In this document: piece by piece, positions 35,470 to 48,459 of the stretch | How the letters are laid out: each line of letters begins with the position of its first letter | How positions within the stretch are numbered: the first letter of the stretch is position 1 | From: Mobula hypostoma | Taxonomy: Eukaryota | DNA length: 64,000 bases | Direction: 5' to 3' | NCBI RefSeq assembly: GCF_963921235.1 | Contig: NC_086097.1 | Location: forward strand, 45,820,001 to 45,884,000 | The notes under the pieces: model-generated | What the model saw: only the letters and a program-made list of their open reading frames with translations | The model's database searches: none | What the model was told of the DNA's origin: nothing | Program-made: the position numbers and the translations under genes

Positions 35470-38350
35470 CTGGACAGAATAAGGTTGATGATCTTGTAGC
35501 ACATTTAGAGATTGTCAGGTATGACGTTGGGCATCACTGAGACGTAGTTGAAAGAAGATGATTGTTGGGAGCTTTATCCAAGGACATACTTGTACCGAAA
35601 GGACAGGCAGGTAGGCAGATGGGGTGGGGTGGCTCCGTTTGTTTAAAAAAACATGAAATCAAATCCTTAGAACAGTGACTTAGGATTGGAAAATGTAGAA
35701 TTATTATGGGTACTGTTAAGAAACTGTAAGGGTAAAAATTAGTGGGAAATTAGAGGATTGAGGAGCTTTTTAAAAACCAACAGAAGGCATCTAAAAAGCC
35801 ATAAAGAGAGAAAAGATGGAATATGAAGGTAAGCTAGCCAAAAATATCAGAAGGGGTACCAAAAGTTTTTTCAGATATATAAAGAGTAAGAGAGGCCATT
35901 GTGAATATTAGACCACTAGAAAATGATGCTGGAGAGGTAGTAATGGGGGACAAAGAAATGGTAGATGAACTTAAGTATTTTGTGTTAGTCTTCACTGTGG
36001 AAGACACCAGCAGTATGCTGGAAGTTTGAATGTGCCAGACGAATAGACAATAGGTGCAGGAGTAGGCCATTTGGCTCTTCGAGCGAGCACCGACATTCAC
36101 TATGATCATGGCTGATCATCCACAATCAGTACCCTGTTCCTGCCTTCTCCCCATATCCCTTCACTCTGCTAACTTTAAGAGCTCTATCTAACTCTTTCGT
36201 GAAAGAATCCAGAGAATTGGCCTCCACTGCCTTCTTAGGCAGAGCATTCCACAGATCCACAACTCTCTGTGTGAAAAAGTTTTTCCTCAACTCTGTTCTA
36301 AATGGTCTACCCCTTATTCTTAAACTGTGGCCTCTGATTCTGGACTCCCCCAACATTGGGAATATGTTTCCTGCCTCTAGCGTGTCCAATCCCATAATAA
36401 TTTTGTATGTTTCAATCAGATCCCCTCTCATCCTTCTGAAGTCTAGTGTATACAAGCCCAGTCGCTCCAACCTTTCAACATATGACATTCCCAATTAACC
36501 CACTGAACCTACTCTGCACTCCCTCCATAGCAAGAATGTCTTTCCTCAAATTTGGAGACCAAAACTGCACACAATACTCCAGGTGGGGTCTCACCAGGGC
36601 CTTGTACAACTGCAGAAGGACCTCTTTGCTCCTATACTCAACTCCCCTTGTTATGAAGGCCAACATGCCATTAGCTTTCTTCACTGTCTGCTGTACCTGT
36701 ATGCTTGTTTTCAGTGACTGATGAACAAGGACACCCAGATCTCGTTGTACTTCCCCTTTTCTGCTCCCTGACTAAGTGAGTGTAATTGCTATTAATAATG
36801 AGAAGGTGCTTGGGAAGCTGAAAGGTCTGAAGGTAGATAAGTCACCTGGACCAGATAGACTATACTCCTGGATTCTGGAAGAGGTAACTGAAGAGATTGT
36901 GGAGGCACTTGTAATGATCTTTTAAGAATCGCTAGATTCTGGAATGGTTTCAGAGGACCGGAAAATTGCAAATGTCACTCCACTCTTTGGGAAAGGAGGA
37001 GAAGAAAGGAAATTATGGGCCAATTAGCCTGAGTTTAGTGGTTGGGAACCTGATGGGAGTCCATTATTAAGTATGAGGTTTCAAGGTACTTGGAGGCACA
37101 TGATAGAGCAGACCAAAGTCAGTGTAGTTTCCGTAAGGGGAAATCTTGCCTGACAAATCTGTTGGAATTCTTTGAGGAAATAACAGGCAGGATAGACAAA
37201 GAGTCAGTGGATGTTGGTTACTTGGATTTTCAAAAGTCTCTTGAGGTGCGGCACGTGCAGCTGCATAACAAGATAAGGGCCCATGGTATTCCAGGAAAGA
37301 TATGAGCATGAATAGATTGCTGATTGGCAGGAGGCAAAGACTTGGAATAAAGGGAGCCTATTCTGGTTGACTACTGGTGACAAGTGGTGTTCCGCAGGGG
37401 TCAGTGCTGGGACCACTACTTTTCATGTTAAATGTTGATGAATTGGATGATGGAATTGATGTCTTTGTAACCAAGTTTGCAGACAATACAAAGATAGCTG
37501 GAGGGGCAGGTAGTGTTGAAGATGCAGGGAGCCTGCAAAAGGACTTGGACAGATTGGAAAAATAGACAAAGTAGCAGTTGGAAAACAGTGTCGGGAAGTG
37601 TACCGTCATGCACTTTGGTAGAAGGAGTAAAGGCATAGACTATCTAAATGGGGAAAAAATTTCAAAAATCAGAGGCGCAAAGGGACTTGGGATTCCTTGT
37701 ATAGGATTCCATAAAGTTTAATCTGTAGGTTGAGTTGGTGGTAAAGAAGGTAAGTACAATATTAACATTCATTTTGAGAGGACTAGAATATGAGCAAGGA
37801 TGTGATGCTGAGGCTTTATAATGCATTGGTCAGATTGCACTTGAGAGTATTGTAAGCAGTTTTGGGCCCCTTATACAAGGAAAGATGTGGCATTGAAGAG
37901 GGTACAGAGGAGATTCACAGGCATTATTTTGGGTATGAAAGGGTTAATGTATGAGGAGCGTTTGGCTCTTGGCCTATATTTGCTGGAGTTATCTCATTGA
38001 AGCCTGTCAAACATTGAAAGGCCTAGATAGTGGATGTGGGGAGTATGTTTCTTATAGTGGGTGACCAGAGGGTAAATCCTCAGAATAGAGGGACGTCTAT
38101 TTAGAATAGAGATGAGAATGAATTTCTTTAGATAGAAGGTGGTGAATCTGTGGAATTCGTTGCCATGGACGGCTGTGTAGGCCAGGTCATTGAATATATT
38201 TTTAGCAGAGGTTGATATATTCTTGTTTAGTTAAAGGGTACAGGGAAAAGGCAGGAGAATGGGCTTGAGGGATAATAAATCAGCCATGATGGAATGAATG
38301 CAGAGCATACTTGATGGGCCAAATGGCCTATTCTGCTTCTGTATCTTACG
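35470..38350 (+). mobile_element. Degenerate CR1 LINE ORF2 (EN-RT) hosting a nested opposite-strand CR1
   Basis: KGKSCLTNLLEFFEE (ORF 37090), SGVPQGSVLGPLLF and KFADNTK (ORF 37377), CR1 3' UTR near 38250-38350. Confidence 0.85.
36042..36762 (-). mobile_element. Younger CR1 LINE 3' fragment
   Basis: ORFs 36475-36684 and 36126-36494 are the CR1 ORF2 C-terminus; tail aatagacaatag at 36042. Confidence 0.88.
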
Positions 38351-38455
38351 GTATTGAAGCTGATCTTAATTATATGACAATATAATTGTTATTGTGAATT
38401 ATACGACAATAGTTCCTTCATTAATACTGTTCAAGGTTTTTCTTAAAAGCTAATA

Positions 38456-38608
38456 CAAGTCGACCTTCACTAATCCGGCACCATTGGGACCTGAGGAGTG
38501 CTGGATTAGTGAAAATACCAATTACAGAAGGATCACAATAAGCATAATCAGTGCCAGATTATCGAAGGAACCAGATTACAGGTAGTCGGATTAGTGAAGG
38601 TTGACCTG
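38456..38608. mobile_element. Complete 153-bp Tc1/pogo(Tigger)-like MITE
   Basis: ~22-bp TIRs caagtcgaccttcactaatccg and cggattagtgaaggttgacctg; TA on both sides (38454-38455, 38609-38610). Confidence 0.87.
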
Positions 38609-38744
38609 TATTTCACAATATGACCTAATATTTCCTTTGGTTATCTATCTTCAGTATTTCTTTTTTGTAAGACATGGAGGGTAAGTAACATTTTAATTAT
38701 GCATGGATTAATATATATTTACGCAAAGCACTGTCGAACAATAG

Positions 38745-39655
38745 AAAACATAAACACAACATCTGCAGATGCTGTAAACCTTGAGAAACACTCGGAATCC
38801 AGGAGGAACTTAGCAAATCAGGTAGCATCCATGGAGGGGAATAAACAGTTGATGCTTCAGGCTCAGACCCTTCATCATGACTGGAAAGGAATGGGGCAGA
38901 AGCCTGAATAAGAAGGTAGGGGAGGGGAAGAAGTGCGAGCTGCTAGGTGATGGGTGGAAACAGGTGAAAGGGAAGGTGGGGGATGGGGATGAAGTAAGCT
39001 GGGAGGGAATAAGTGGAAGAGGTGAAAGTCTGAAGAAGAAAGAATCTGATAGGTGAGGGCAATGGACCGTGGAATGGAAAGAGGAAGGGAACCAGAAGGT
39101 GTAAGAGGGTAGCCAGAATGGGAATGGAAAATGGGGGGGGGGGGTGGGGGAGAGAAATTATTGGAAGTTAGGTCATTGATGTTCATGCCATCAGGTTGGA
39201 GGCTATCCAGATGGTGTGAGGTGTTGCGCCTTCAACCTGAGCTTGGCCTTGTCAGGCCATGGCCTGACATGTCAGAATGAGAATGAAATGTTAATTTGAA
39301 ACTGGTAGCCACCGGGTGATGCTGCCTTTTGTGGTTGACATAGTGAAGATGCTCAACGTAGCTGCCCCCAGTTTGCATCAGGTCTGACTTATTTCAAGGA
39401 GGCTGTACTGGCAGCACCAGATACAATAAATAACCCTGGCAGACTTGCAAGTGAAGTGTTGCCTCACTTGGAAGAACTGTTTGGAGATTTTAATGGTGGT
39501 GAGAGAGGAGGTGTAGGGGCAGGTGTAGAACTTGTCACACTTGCAGGATGTGCCAGGAGGAAGATCAATGGGGGGGGCTAAGTGGATAAGGGATCACATA
39601 GAGAGCGATCCCTATGGAAAGCAGAAGTGGGGGGGGGGCGGGTAGAGGGAAAGAT
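38745..39655 (-). mobile_element. Old Penelope-like element (GIY-YIG remnant and terminus)
   Basis: Diverged homology to 27803-28680 (gatgttcatgccatcaggttggaggct; gtgaagtgttgcctcac); decayed hammerhead at ~38846-38882. Confidence 0.82.
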
Positions 39656-41384
39656 GGAGTCAGAAAATAGAATTCTTAACTAAAGTTTACTGCAACCAAA
39701 TCCTATTCTCGGCCTACCCTTAACAAAAAGGGTGTGTCTTTTTCCATGTACATTAGAGCGATGTCTTCTACTTTGTTTCTCATAGTTAAATTGTCGTATT
39801 ATTCTCAGTTTGTGCATCTTAGAGACTTCAGTGGTTGTATTATCTTGTCTGGAGGTAATGTAAATAGAAAGAGTTGAGAGATTTGGGGTATCACATGGGC
39901 CTAAGCTATTCACAACAGTAGCTATTTATTGTTGTGATAGGCCAATTTATTTGCTGAGGGTACAAAAGTAGGTGGGATTGTGACAATGGTTTAAAAAAAA
40001 GCTTTGAGTGAGGACATGACAAATGAAAAATGCAGTGGAAAAGGGTGAGGTCAACTACTTAACCACCCAAAACAGAAGTGCAAATTAATTTTTAAATTGT
40101 GATCAGGAAATAATGTTCAAAGGGACTTGGGTAATCTTTAAGGTGAGTCTGAAAGCCAACATTCAGGTCCAGAAAACATTCGGGAAGATAAATGACATGT
40201 TGACTGCAATTATAAATGGATTTGAGTACAGAACTAAAGAGATCTTAGTGAAACTGCAAATGAAGTATAGCTTTTGGTTTCCTTGCCCTTGTATAAACAA
40301 AAGATTATTTGCCCTAGGTAGTGTGTATTGAAAATTGGGCCCTGGGATGGTGAATTTGTTCTGAGTACATTAGGCATATTTTCTCCAGCATTCAGAAGAA
40401 ATAGAGGTGATCTCAGGAGGATTTCCTCCTGGATGAAGAACATAGAGCTAGAGGTCAGAGTCTCAGATAAAAGAATAGGTTATTTAAATGAGAGATCTTT
40501 TCACACAGTCTTGTGAATCTTTGGAAATCTAATTTAAGGGCTGTGGAGTCTTAGTAATTGAGTTCATTCAAAACATGAATGACAGAATGACCTGGAAAGT
40601 ACGAATGACCTGCTATTTCTTGTGGTTGTGTGGATTAAAGCACCATTAAAAGACTCCATAAATTTCTTGCAACATAATCTGTTATATTTAGGGTATTCTT
40701 CGGCAAAACTTTATTAGGATCTCCAATTTCTGTAGGCAAGTGATAGGTTTAGTAGAGGTGAAAGCAAAATGAGGCAGCGGATGGAAATAGCGAAGAAATC
40801 ATTCTTACCAGCTTTGATATATCTGGACAACACTGCATGTGTGAAAATATTGAGATTGTGATCAGTTTAATGGTATAATTATAGTTTTACCATTCTAAAG
40901 CTCTAAAATCTAGGTCAGGACCTGGAATTGCAATTCTGAAGAAGGAACCAGAGTAAATGCCTATGGTTGTATGATTTCAAAAGTAGCCGAGATGAAAACA
41001 TGAGAGACAAGGAATTAGAAATGTATGCTTAAAGACTGAGATGAGGTAGATGGTATGTGACATGATTAGTTTACAGCACAAACACCAACATAGATTATGT
41101 ATGATGAGGTCTATTAGTTCAGATGACTTTGAGCATAATGGTGAAAGTCAGTGGTGAAAGGAGTGATGCGCCTTTAACTTCCCACTGTTGCCTCTGTATA
41201 ATTTGGTCTCTACAGTTCGGGCCATTCTACGACACTCCAGAATGTATCAGAATTGTGACCCAAGATTGAAGACAGCAGTAGCATTGAACTGTTTAGAAAT
41301 GCCTATCAAGCAAATGTTATTTCTTTGGCAGAGGTGTAGACCAGATGTTAACAGTATCTTTTTGGTTTATCTATATACTGTGAC

Positions 41385-41751
41385 CCCTCAAAATCCCTCC
41401 CTCACCCTTCCCCCATCCCTGTTTCACTCTGCCCTCTTCCCCAGCTGCCTATCACTTCCCTCATGGTTCCGCCTCCTTCTACTACCCATTGTGCTTTCCT
41501 CATTCCTCCTTCACCTTTCCTGCCTATCCCCTCTCTGCCTTCCCTCCCCCACCTCTTTATCTTTCCCCTTACTGGTTTTTCACCTGGCAGCTACCAGCCT
41601 TTTCCTTCCCACCCTCCCCCCACCTCCTTTATAGGGCCTCTGCCTCCTCCCTCTTCAGTCTGATGAGGGTTCCGGCCTGAAACGTTGACTGATCATTTCC
41701 ACGGATGCTGCCCGACCTGCTGAGTTCCTCCAGCGTGTTGTGAGTGTTGCT
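41385..41751 (+). mobile_element. Penelope-like 3' terminus with hammerhead variant
   Basis: Pyrimidine-rich UTR, then cagtctgatgagggttccggcctgaaacgttgactg (41656-41691) and gatgctgcccgacctgctgagttcctccagc. Confidence 0.78.
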
Positions 41752-42596
41752 CTGCCACTCTTGTACCTCTCATTGTCATTCTGGAGACGTGCAGCCCTTT
41801 CATCCCCCGTCTCTTCATCTCTTCTGCTGTTTGTTGTTTGTCTCTGATCCTGGAGACGTGCATGCCTCTCCTCCTCTGTCTCTTCTCTCATCTTTTTTTG
41901 TCTTGACTCTCTGATCCTGGAGTTGTGCGGCCCTGGCCTCCTCCGATTCTTGTTCTCTCCCTCTCCTTGCCGCTTCCCGATTTGGCATCATCTCTTGACC
42001 ATAATGACCCCCTTCCCTTTCCACGCTGCATAATTCGGCAGACCATTTTTTTTTACCCTAATGCTGGATAGAAGATACAAAGCAGTAACACCAAAGGATG
42101 CTGATTATTCTTGATGATGTGGTTGGCGCTCTCCTAAATGGATGTGACAGTCACCACTGTCTTTTGACTGCAGAAAAGGGTTTTATGGGTGTCTCGAAGT
42201 ATGTCATTACAGTAAGATTTAATTATCTCATTGATGGGTGGCAGTTAGATCTGTCCCAATCCTGTACATGCTGATGGTGATTAGCAGAATGTGACCCCTT
42301 GAAATAGAGCTGCCTTGCCCTTTTGCTCCAGTAGGTGTCACTGCTGAGGCTGGTCGTGCGCATGCATCCGGCTATCGCGTCCCGATTTCCATGATGACGG
42401 ATCGGCTGTTGGGTGAAAGCCAGCCTGTTGATTTTTGGTGAATGAACAATTTTATACGAATATATAACTCTGAACTTTGCCTGCATTCTGCAAGTTAGCG
42501 CATTTGAATTTGACTTAGCCAAAACAAGTGCCGCTGTAATGCACCGTTTGCGCTAATTGGAGGTCACAGAGTATGAGAGTTTTAGTAGTATATAGA
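41752..42596 (-). mobile_element. Non-autonomous Helitron, 5' TC terminus intact, 3' end missing
   Basis: Reverse complement of 31808-~32680; ends gtagtatataga at 42596; ORFs 41815-42024 and 41655-41891 carry the same RLQDQR repeats. Confidence 0.88.
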
Positions 42597-44440
42597 TTGT
42601 AATGACATACTTTGAGACACCCATAAAACCCTTGCTGCAGTCAAAGGACAGCAGTGACTATATCACGTCCATTTAGGAGAGCGCCAACCACATTCTCAAG
42701 AATAATCAGCATCTTGGAGGCTTTGGTGTTACTGCTTCCTATCTTCTATCAAGGATTAGGGTAAGAATATATGGATAGCCTAATTATGCTGAGTGGAAAG
42801 AGAAGGGGGACATTATGGTCAAGAGATGACGCCAAACATCGTCGGGAAGCGGCGAGGAGAGGGAGAGAACAACAATCAGATGAGGCCAGGGCCGCACGAC
42901 TCAAGGATCAAAGAGTCAGGACAAAAAAGATGAGACAGAGGAGGACAGGCATGCATGTCTCCAAAATGACAACAATAGGCACAGATGGAGGAGAGAACAA
43001 GAATCTGATCAGGCCAGGGCCACACGACTCCCAAGATCAGAGAGAAAGAACAAATGGTAAAAGGGATGAAGAGACAAAGGATGAAAGGGCTGCGTGTCTC
43101 CAGAATGACAAAAACAGGCAGAGGAGGAGAGAGGAAGAGCCAGAGGTGCTTGGTGGTAGGACAGCGCAATCACGATTCAAAATACCCCTCAAAGTCAATG
43201 AGGATGCCCTTTGTAACATAGATAAAAACACCAATACTGCAAATTTACTCCAAAATGCAAAGCTCATTGTCTGGGATGAGTGCCCCATGATTAGGAGGGA
43301 GAGCTTTGAAGCCGTGGACCACACTCTTCGTGACGTATGCGGCAAGAATGAGGCCTTCGGGGGTATTTTAACCATTTGCTGTGGCGATTTCCGTCTGCTT
43401 CTAGCAGTTGTGAAATGCAGAAATGATGCTGATGTGGAGAATTCATTAAAAAATCCTACTTATGGAGAAGCTTCATCAAGTTTCAATTGAAGAGAAACGT
43501 GATTGAGTGAGGGAGAAGGAGGATATTCTCAGTTCTTATTGGATGTTGGAGAAGACAAGATTGAGAAAAATGAAAACAATGAAATCAAATTACCTGAAGA
43601 TATGATTCTGCCAGCAACAACTATGGAAGAATGCATTGATTTCATTTACCCGACATTCTACAATCCTGCAGAACTCTTCTCGAGGAATTCTATCATGGTT
43701 CCTCTTAATGAAAATGAAGTATGATGCGAAAAATAAACTTCACATGCATTAGACACTTCCTTGGAATCATGAAAGAATACTGCTCCTTCAATGCCGTAAG
43801 TGAAGGAGCGAACACCACTTATTTTCCTACAGAATTCCTTGATTTGGTCAAACTCTCTGGATTGCCACCGCAGGAACTGGAATTGAAGAGGGGATCTCCC
43901 ATCATTTCAATGAGGAACTTGGATCCACCAAGGCTTTGCAATGGAACGTGAATGATGGTGGAAGAACTGCACAACAATCTCATCGTAGCAAAGATAAACA
44001 TTGGTACATTCAAAAAATAATTTTGTCATTATCCCAAGAATTACTCTCAATTTATCAGAAGGGGAAAATGTCCCTCCTCAGCGGAGCCAGTTCCCGATAC
44101 AGTCATGCTTTGTTACGACTATACATTCGGCTCAAGGCCAAACCATGGAGAATGTTAATTTATTTGGAGAAATCAGTATTCCCGCATGGTCAGCTGTATG
44201 TGGCTTTAAGCCGGGGAAAAAGAAATGAAAATGTTAGAGTATTCCTGAAGGGTGGCAGATCAACCAGAAATGTGGTCATAAAAAGTGTCCTTCGTTAAAT
44301 GAGGGGGAGCATTATTTGTCTTGCTAGGTGTCTTTCTTCTTTAATACAGTGAGTTCTTCTTTAATTTCCAAAGCACATCACATCACACTGTACTCCCTTT
44401 CTCTGAAAAGGTGCCCCCAACGGGTCACCCGGTTGTCTAG
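42597..44440 (+). mobile_element. Helitron deletion derivative with decayed PIF1-family helicase and intact 3' end
   Basis: GGRTAQSRFKIPL, LIVWDECPM, FGG...GDFR, FPTEFL, GLPPQELELK, MRNLDPPRLCNGT, FPIQ...TTIHSAQGQT and HGQLYVALSR across frameshifted ORFs 42771-44298. 3' hairpin then CTAG|T at 44437-44441. Confidence 0.92.
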
Positions 44441-46199
44441 TGTTTGTTAAAAATATTTTTCAAGTCAGAGTTTCTGTGTTAATTCTACAAAGAGTGAAGC
44501 TGGATTTATAATAGTGGAGTGGATGTTGTAATTACTTGTGACTGCTAATTACTAATTTTACAAATCTGTCATTGGTGAGTTCTTGATTTAAAAATATTTA
44601 CAGCTTAAATAATTTGTCCATGATATTTTTTTAAACTAGTATACCACTCACAAAAGCTATATTTTTCTAGTTATTTTACTGTTCTAAAATGATATGCAAA
44701 GTTTCTTCTTCCTTTCTCAATGGCAATCACCACATGTACTTTCATGTACATTTACTAAAAATGTATGTTAAAATATTAATAGTTTTTAATGCTGATCTTG
44801 CTTTTTGCTGGCATCCAAAGGTAAATTCACTTATCTGCCATATAAAGAATGAAGTATGCTATCCATGTGTCCTGTGTCTAATTTGGCTTGATGGCATAAG
44901 ACATAGGAGCAGAATTGGGCCATTTGGCTCACCCAGTCTGCTCCGCCATTTCATCATTACATTCTTCAAAGATGCCGAATTATTTTTCAAACCTTTACCA
45001 TGACTAAAATGTATCTTGCCTATTTAATATGTAAAGTCTTTATTTTATAATGTGAAAGTTAGTGCTTAATTTAAAACTTGGGTTTATGCAAAGTAAAAAT
45101 GCACAGAATTTGAGACAGTCTTGTGTCAAAGTTTTATAATTGGTTAAAGGTAGGCAATGTCAGTAGGATTAAGAGAAATGGAATTTGATAGGGGCATGAC
45201 AAGTAGTATTGTCCCGGAGCCTGCATGAATAGGATGAAGGAATGCCCAATGTGTGCATAGAATTTGCAGATAACAATAGTTAAAATAGTGAGAATTGTGA
45301 AATTGGAAATGGGAAGTTAAAAAGAGACAGATTTGATGAGCAAAGCAGTTAGAGAATTCAGTGTGGGAAGGGTGTCATTCATTTAGAACCCAAAAATCTT
45401 TCTGAATGAGAAGAGATTTGAAACCATGACAAAATAGAGATTTTGGTATCTCAAGACACATTTAAAATTTGGTTTCCAGTTACACAGACTTGAGAAATAT
45501 TAAAAGAAAGGTTCTAGGATGTTGCTCTTTACCTCGAGAGCAGAAATGCTCGAGGGAGGAAGTTGTGTTTGTGCAGATCTTTGGACACGCCCCATCTAGA
45601 ATACTGCGCTCAGTTTTAAGTACTGAACCTCTGGAAGTATGTTGACAAAATGTCTGAGTGTTCTACAAATTCATCAGGAGCTTACAACCTCAACAGAAAC
45701 ACTTTTAACCATTGATAGAAATCTCCCTTTAATATATTCTGTGCAATCTAATTGACATGTTCAAAAGGATAAATAGGTTTTGTTCATGTATGTAGTTTGC
45801 ACATAGTTGGCAAGGTCTGCATTTAACTCCAAATTGTCCTTGAAGATTTAGCATATCATTCATTGTTCCATCCCTTGGGTATGTTTGACCTTGTCAATTC
45901 TGTATGGCTTGATAGAGCAAGTATCCAGCATTTTTACATCCCTGCATAAAATATTTGAATGTATGTGATCCGTATTTGGAGTGCGTGTGATCGATAAGTT
46001 GTGCCCAATGACAGCATACAAAGATAATCCATTGGTCTTGGTGAGGAAACTTGCAGGGTCCCAAAGATATCAAATGATCTAAGGTGCTGGAACATTACGA
46101 ACTACAATTTGACCCCAAGTTGCAGTAGAAATTGTAAGAGCAAGGAAGAATTTGTTTTAAGGAATATTTTAAAAGGAAAAAGGTGAGGATGGAGCAAGT

Positions 46200-46640
46200 A
46201 CTGGAGTCAAACTGCAGATGCTGGATCTTGGAGCAAAAAAAAAACACAATTTTATTTGAGCAACTTAGCAGGATGAGTTGGAGTGGGGTGGTAAAATATT
46301 GATGAATCAGGTTGAAACCCTGCATCAGGACTGAGGGTGGAGAGGGAAGATGATTGGTATTAAGAAGAAAGGGAAATTGGGGAGATGGACCAGTAGGTAA
46401 CATATGGAGGGAGAAAGGTGAAGGATGATGGGCAGAAGGAGTAGATGGAGGAGGGGTGTTGAGCGATGGGCAGGTGAACAAGTGGGGGATAAAAAAGGAG
46501 CAACAAACAATCTGATGGAAGAACTCAACAGATTGAGCAGTAACTTAAGGCAGGAATGGAACCCCAGAGATGCCTCTTGACCAGCTGACTTCCTCCAGCA
46601 GATTGTTGATCTAGATTCCTGCATCTGCAGTTTGTCTCTG
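46200..46640. mobile_element. Old fold-back Penelope terminal remnant
   Basis: caaactgcagatgctgga at ~46208 versus tcctgcatctgcagtttg at ~46617; decayed hammerhead ccctgcatcaggactg on the minus strand. Confidence 0.6.
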
Positions 46641-47131
46641 GGGTGCAGATAATTGGAATCATTAAAGGAGAGTTGAAGGGCAGAGCTTGTATGGTGGGCG
46701 AAATATGTTTATAGTAGTCAATGGAACTGGGAGATGGTTGAAAATGGGTGTTGGTGGGGGGGGGGGAAGGTATTTATGAGGAAACAGAAAGAAAGGAATG
46801 ACACAATGTGAATTGAATCCAGGCTTCAAGATCCTGTGAGGTGCTAGGTGTACTAGCTGTAGCACTTTGTCTTTCACAAACCCAGGGAAGGGGAGACTTA
46901 GAGGCAGAGAACAGGTAACTGCTTTTACAGATGTGGTTGGTCTGTATAATGTATTACTGAATTCTGCTTTCATTTGCCAAAATTCCTCCCCATTCAGCAT
47001 GATCCTAGAATGCGAGGGTAAACGACTTAAGTAGGGTATCTGTTTAAATTCCTGTTTCCTCTACTTGATTTTGCAAGAACAAGTATAAGGAACTTGTGAT
47101 TTTAGTTACTAGGAATGAGGGCATCCTAACA

Positions 47132-47293
47132 CAAACAAGAGGAATTCTGCAGATGCTGGAAATTCAAGCAACACACATCAAAGTTGCTGGTGAATGCAGC
47201 AGGCCAGGCAGCATCTCTTCCTAGGTGCTGTACCTCTTACTAGAGATGCTGCCTGGCCTGCTGCGTTCACCAGCAGCTTTGATGTGTGTTGCT
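47132..47293. mobile_element. Minimal hairpin insertion made of two inverted Penelope termini
   Basis: Arms 47164-47218 and 47242-47296 with a ~23-nt loop; 16-bp direct repeat tgagggcatcctaaca at 47116-47131 and 47294-47309. Confidence 0.87.
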
Positions 47294-48159
47294 TGAGGGC
47301 ATCCTAACAGTTGCCTTTGTCTCTGGAGCCAAACTTTCCCTAACTTTATTGCTCTGAGCTTGTCTTGTCTCTTGATTTTATTCCTATAAATGTCGTGCCC
47401 ATTAGTTTTCATTCAGACTCTTTGTTAATAGTTCTTTTTCCCTCCAAAGTTCTCTTTCTCACTGAATGTAGTCCCTTCCATGTTTGTTTGTTTGTTTTTT
47501 TGTGAATCACACATTCAGATTTCTGCCTCTGCCAGAGATGGTTGACTATGCCGTTCTTCCCTACCTCACTGGTATGATCTGGATGAGTCACTCACACTTT
47601 CCTTTTTCTTTCTCATCTATTCAAGTTGGAGAACACTGAGAATGGCTTCTGACCCCACTGCATTTTGGTGTCACTCAAAAATCTATCCCTAACACCTCCT
47701 ATTTTCTATCCAGATTTAGCTAGTTAAAGCATCTTCAGAAAACATTTCAGTTCTGGCATGTTTTATTCAGGAAACTCAATGCCCCTTTTAGATTGATGTC
47801 TCAATGTGGTCAAACTTTATTGAACCTATGGGACTGGATGATTAGAAATTTTCTATAGCTATGCAGTTGTGACAAAGACAACCTATTCTTCCAATTGTGG
47901 CCTAGTTCTAGCTTTACGTATCCAAAGGTAGCAGAAATATTGCCTGTTTGGTTATTTATAATGGCACAAGTTGATTACAGCATTGAATGAGGTTTATTGA
48001 GTCTGTATTGGATTATGTAAGATCAATCAGTCTTTCTCCTTACAAATCCCATCCTTCCAGGTACTTGGTCAGTTTCTTTGCAATCAAATGGGACTCCACT
48101 ATGACTTCCCTTGAGTATATTCCAGGTAATATTAGTAAGTGCCAAAGGTTATTCCTCCA

Positions 48160-48410
48160 AGATGCAGCACAGAGCATCATGGGAAGCCATTCCTGCCTGT
48201 GGCCATCAAACTTTACAACTCCTCCCTTGGAGGGTCAGATACCCCGAACCAATAGGCTGGTCCTGGACTTATTTCATAATTTACTGGCATAATTTACATA
48301 TTACTATTTAACTATTTATGGTTCTATTACTATTTATTATTTAATGGTGCAACTGTAACGAAAACCAATTTCCCCTGGGATCAATAAAGTATGACTGACT
48401 ATGACTATGA
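48160..48410 (+). mobile_element. Rex1/Babar-like 3' end, same family as 7319-8197
   Basis: Near-identical to 7951-8197, with (tatgac)n tail. Confidence 0.88.
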
Positions 48411-48459
48411 TTATGGGGTGAAGGCAGGAGAATGGGGGTGAGGGGAATAAATCAGACAA

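Noticed and set aside
42771..44298. Host PIF1 helicase gene
   Set aside because: Intronless, frameshifted, lacks Walker A and is bounded by Helitron sequence with a CTAG terminus.
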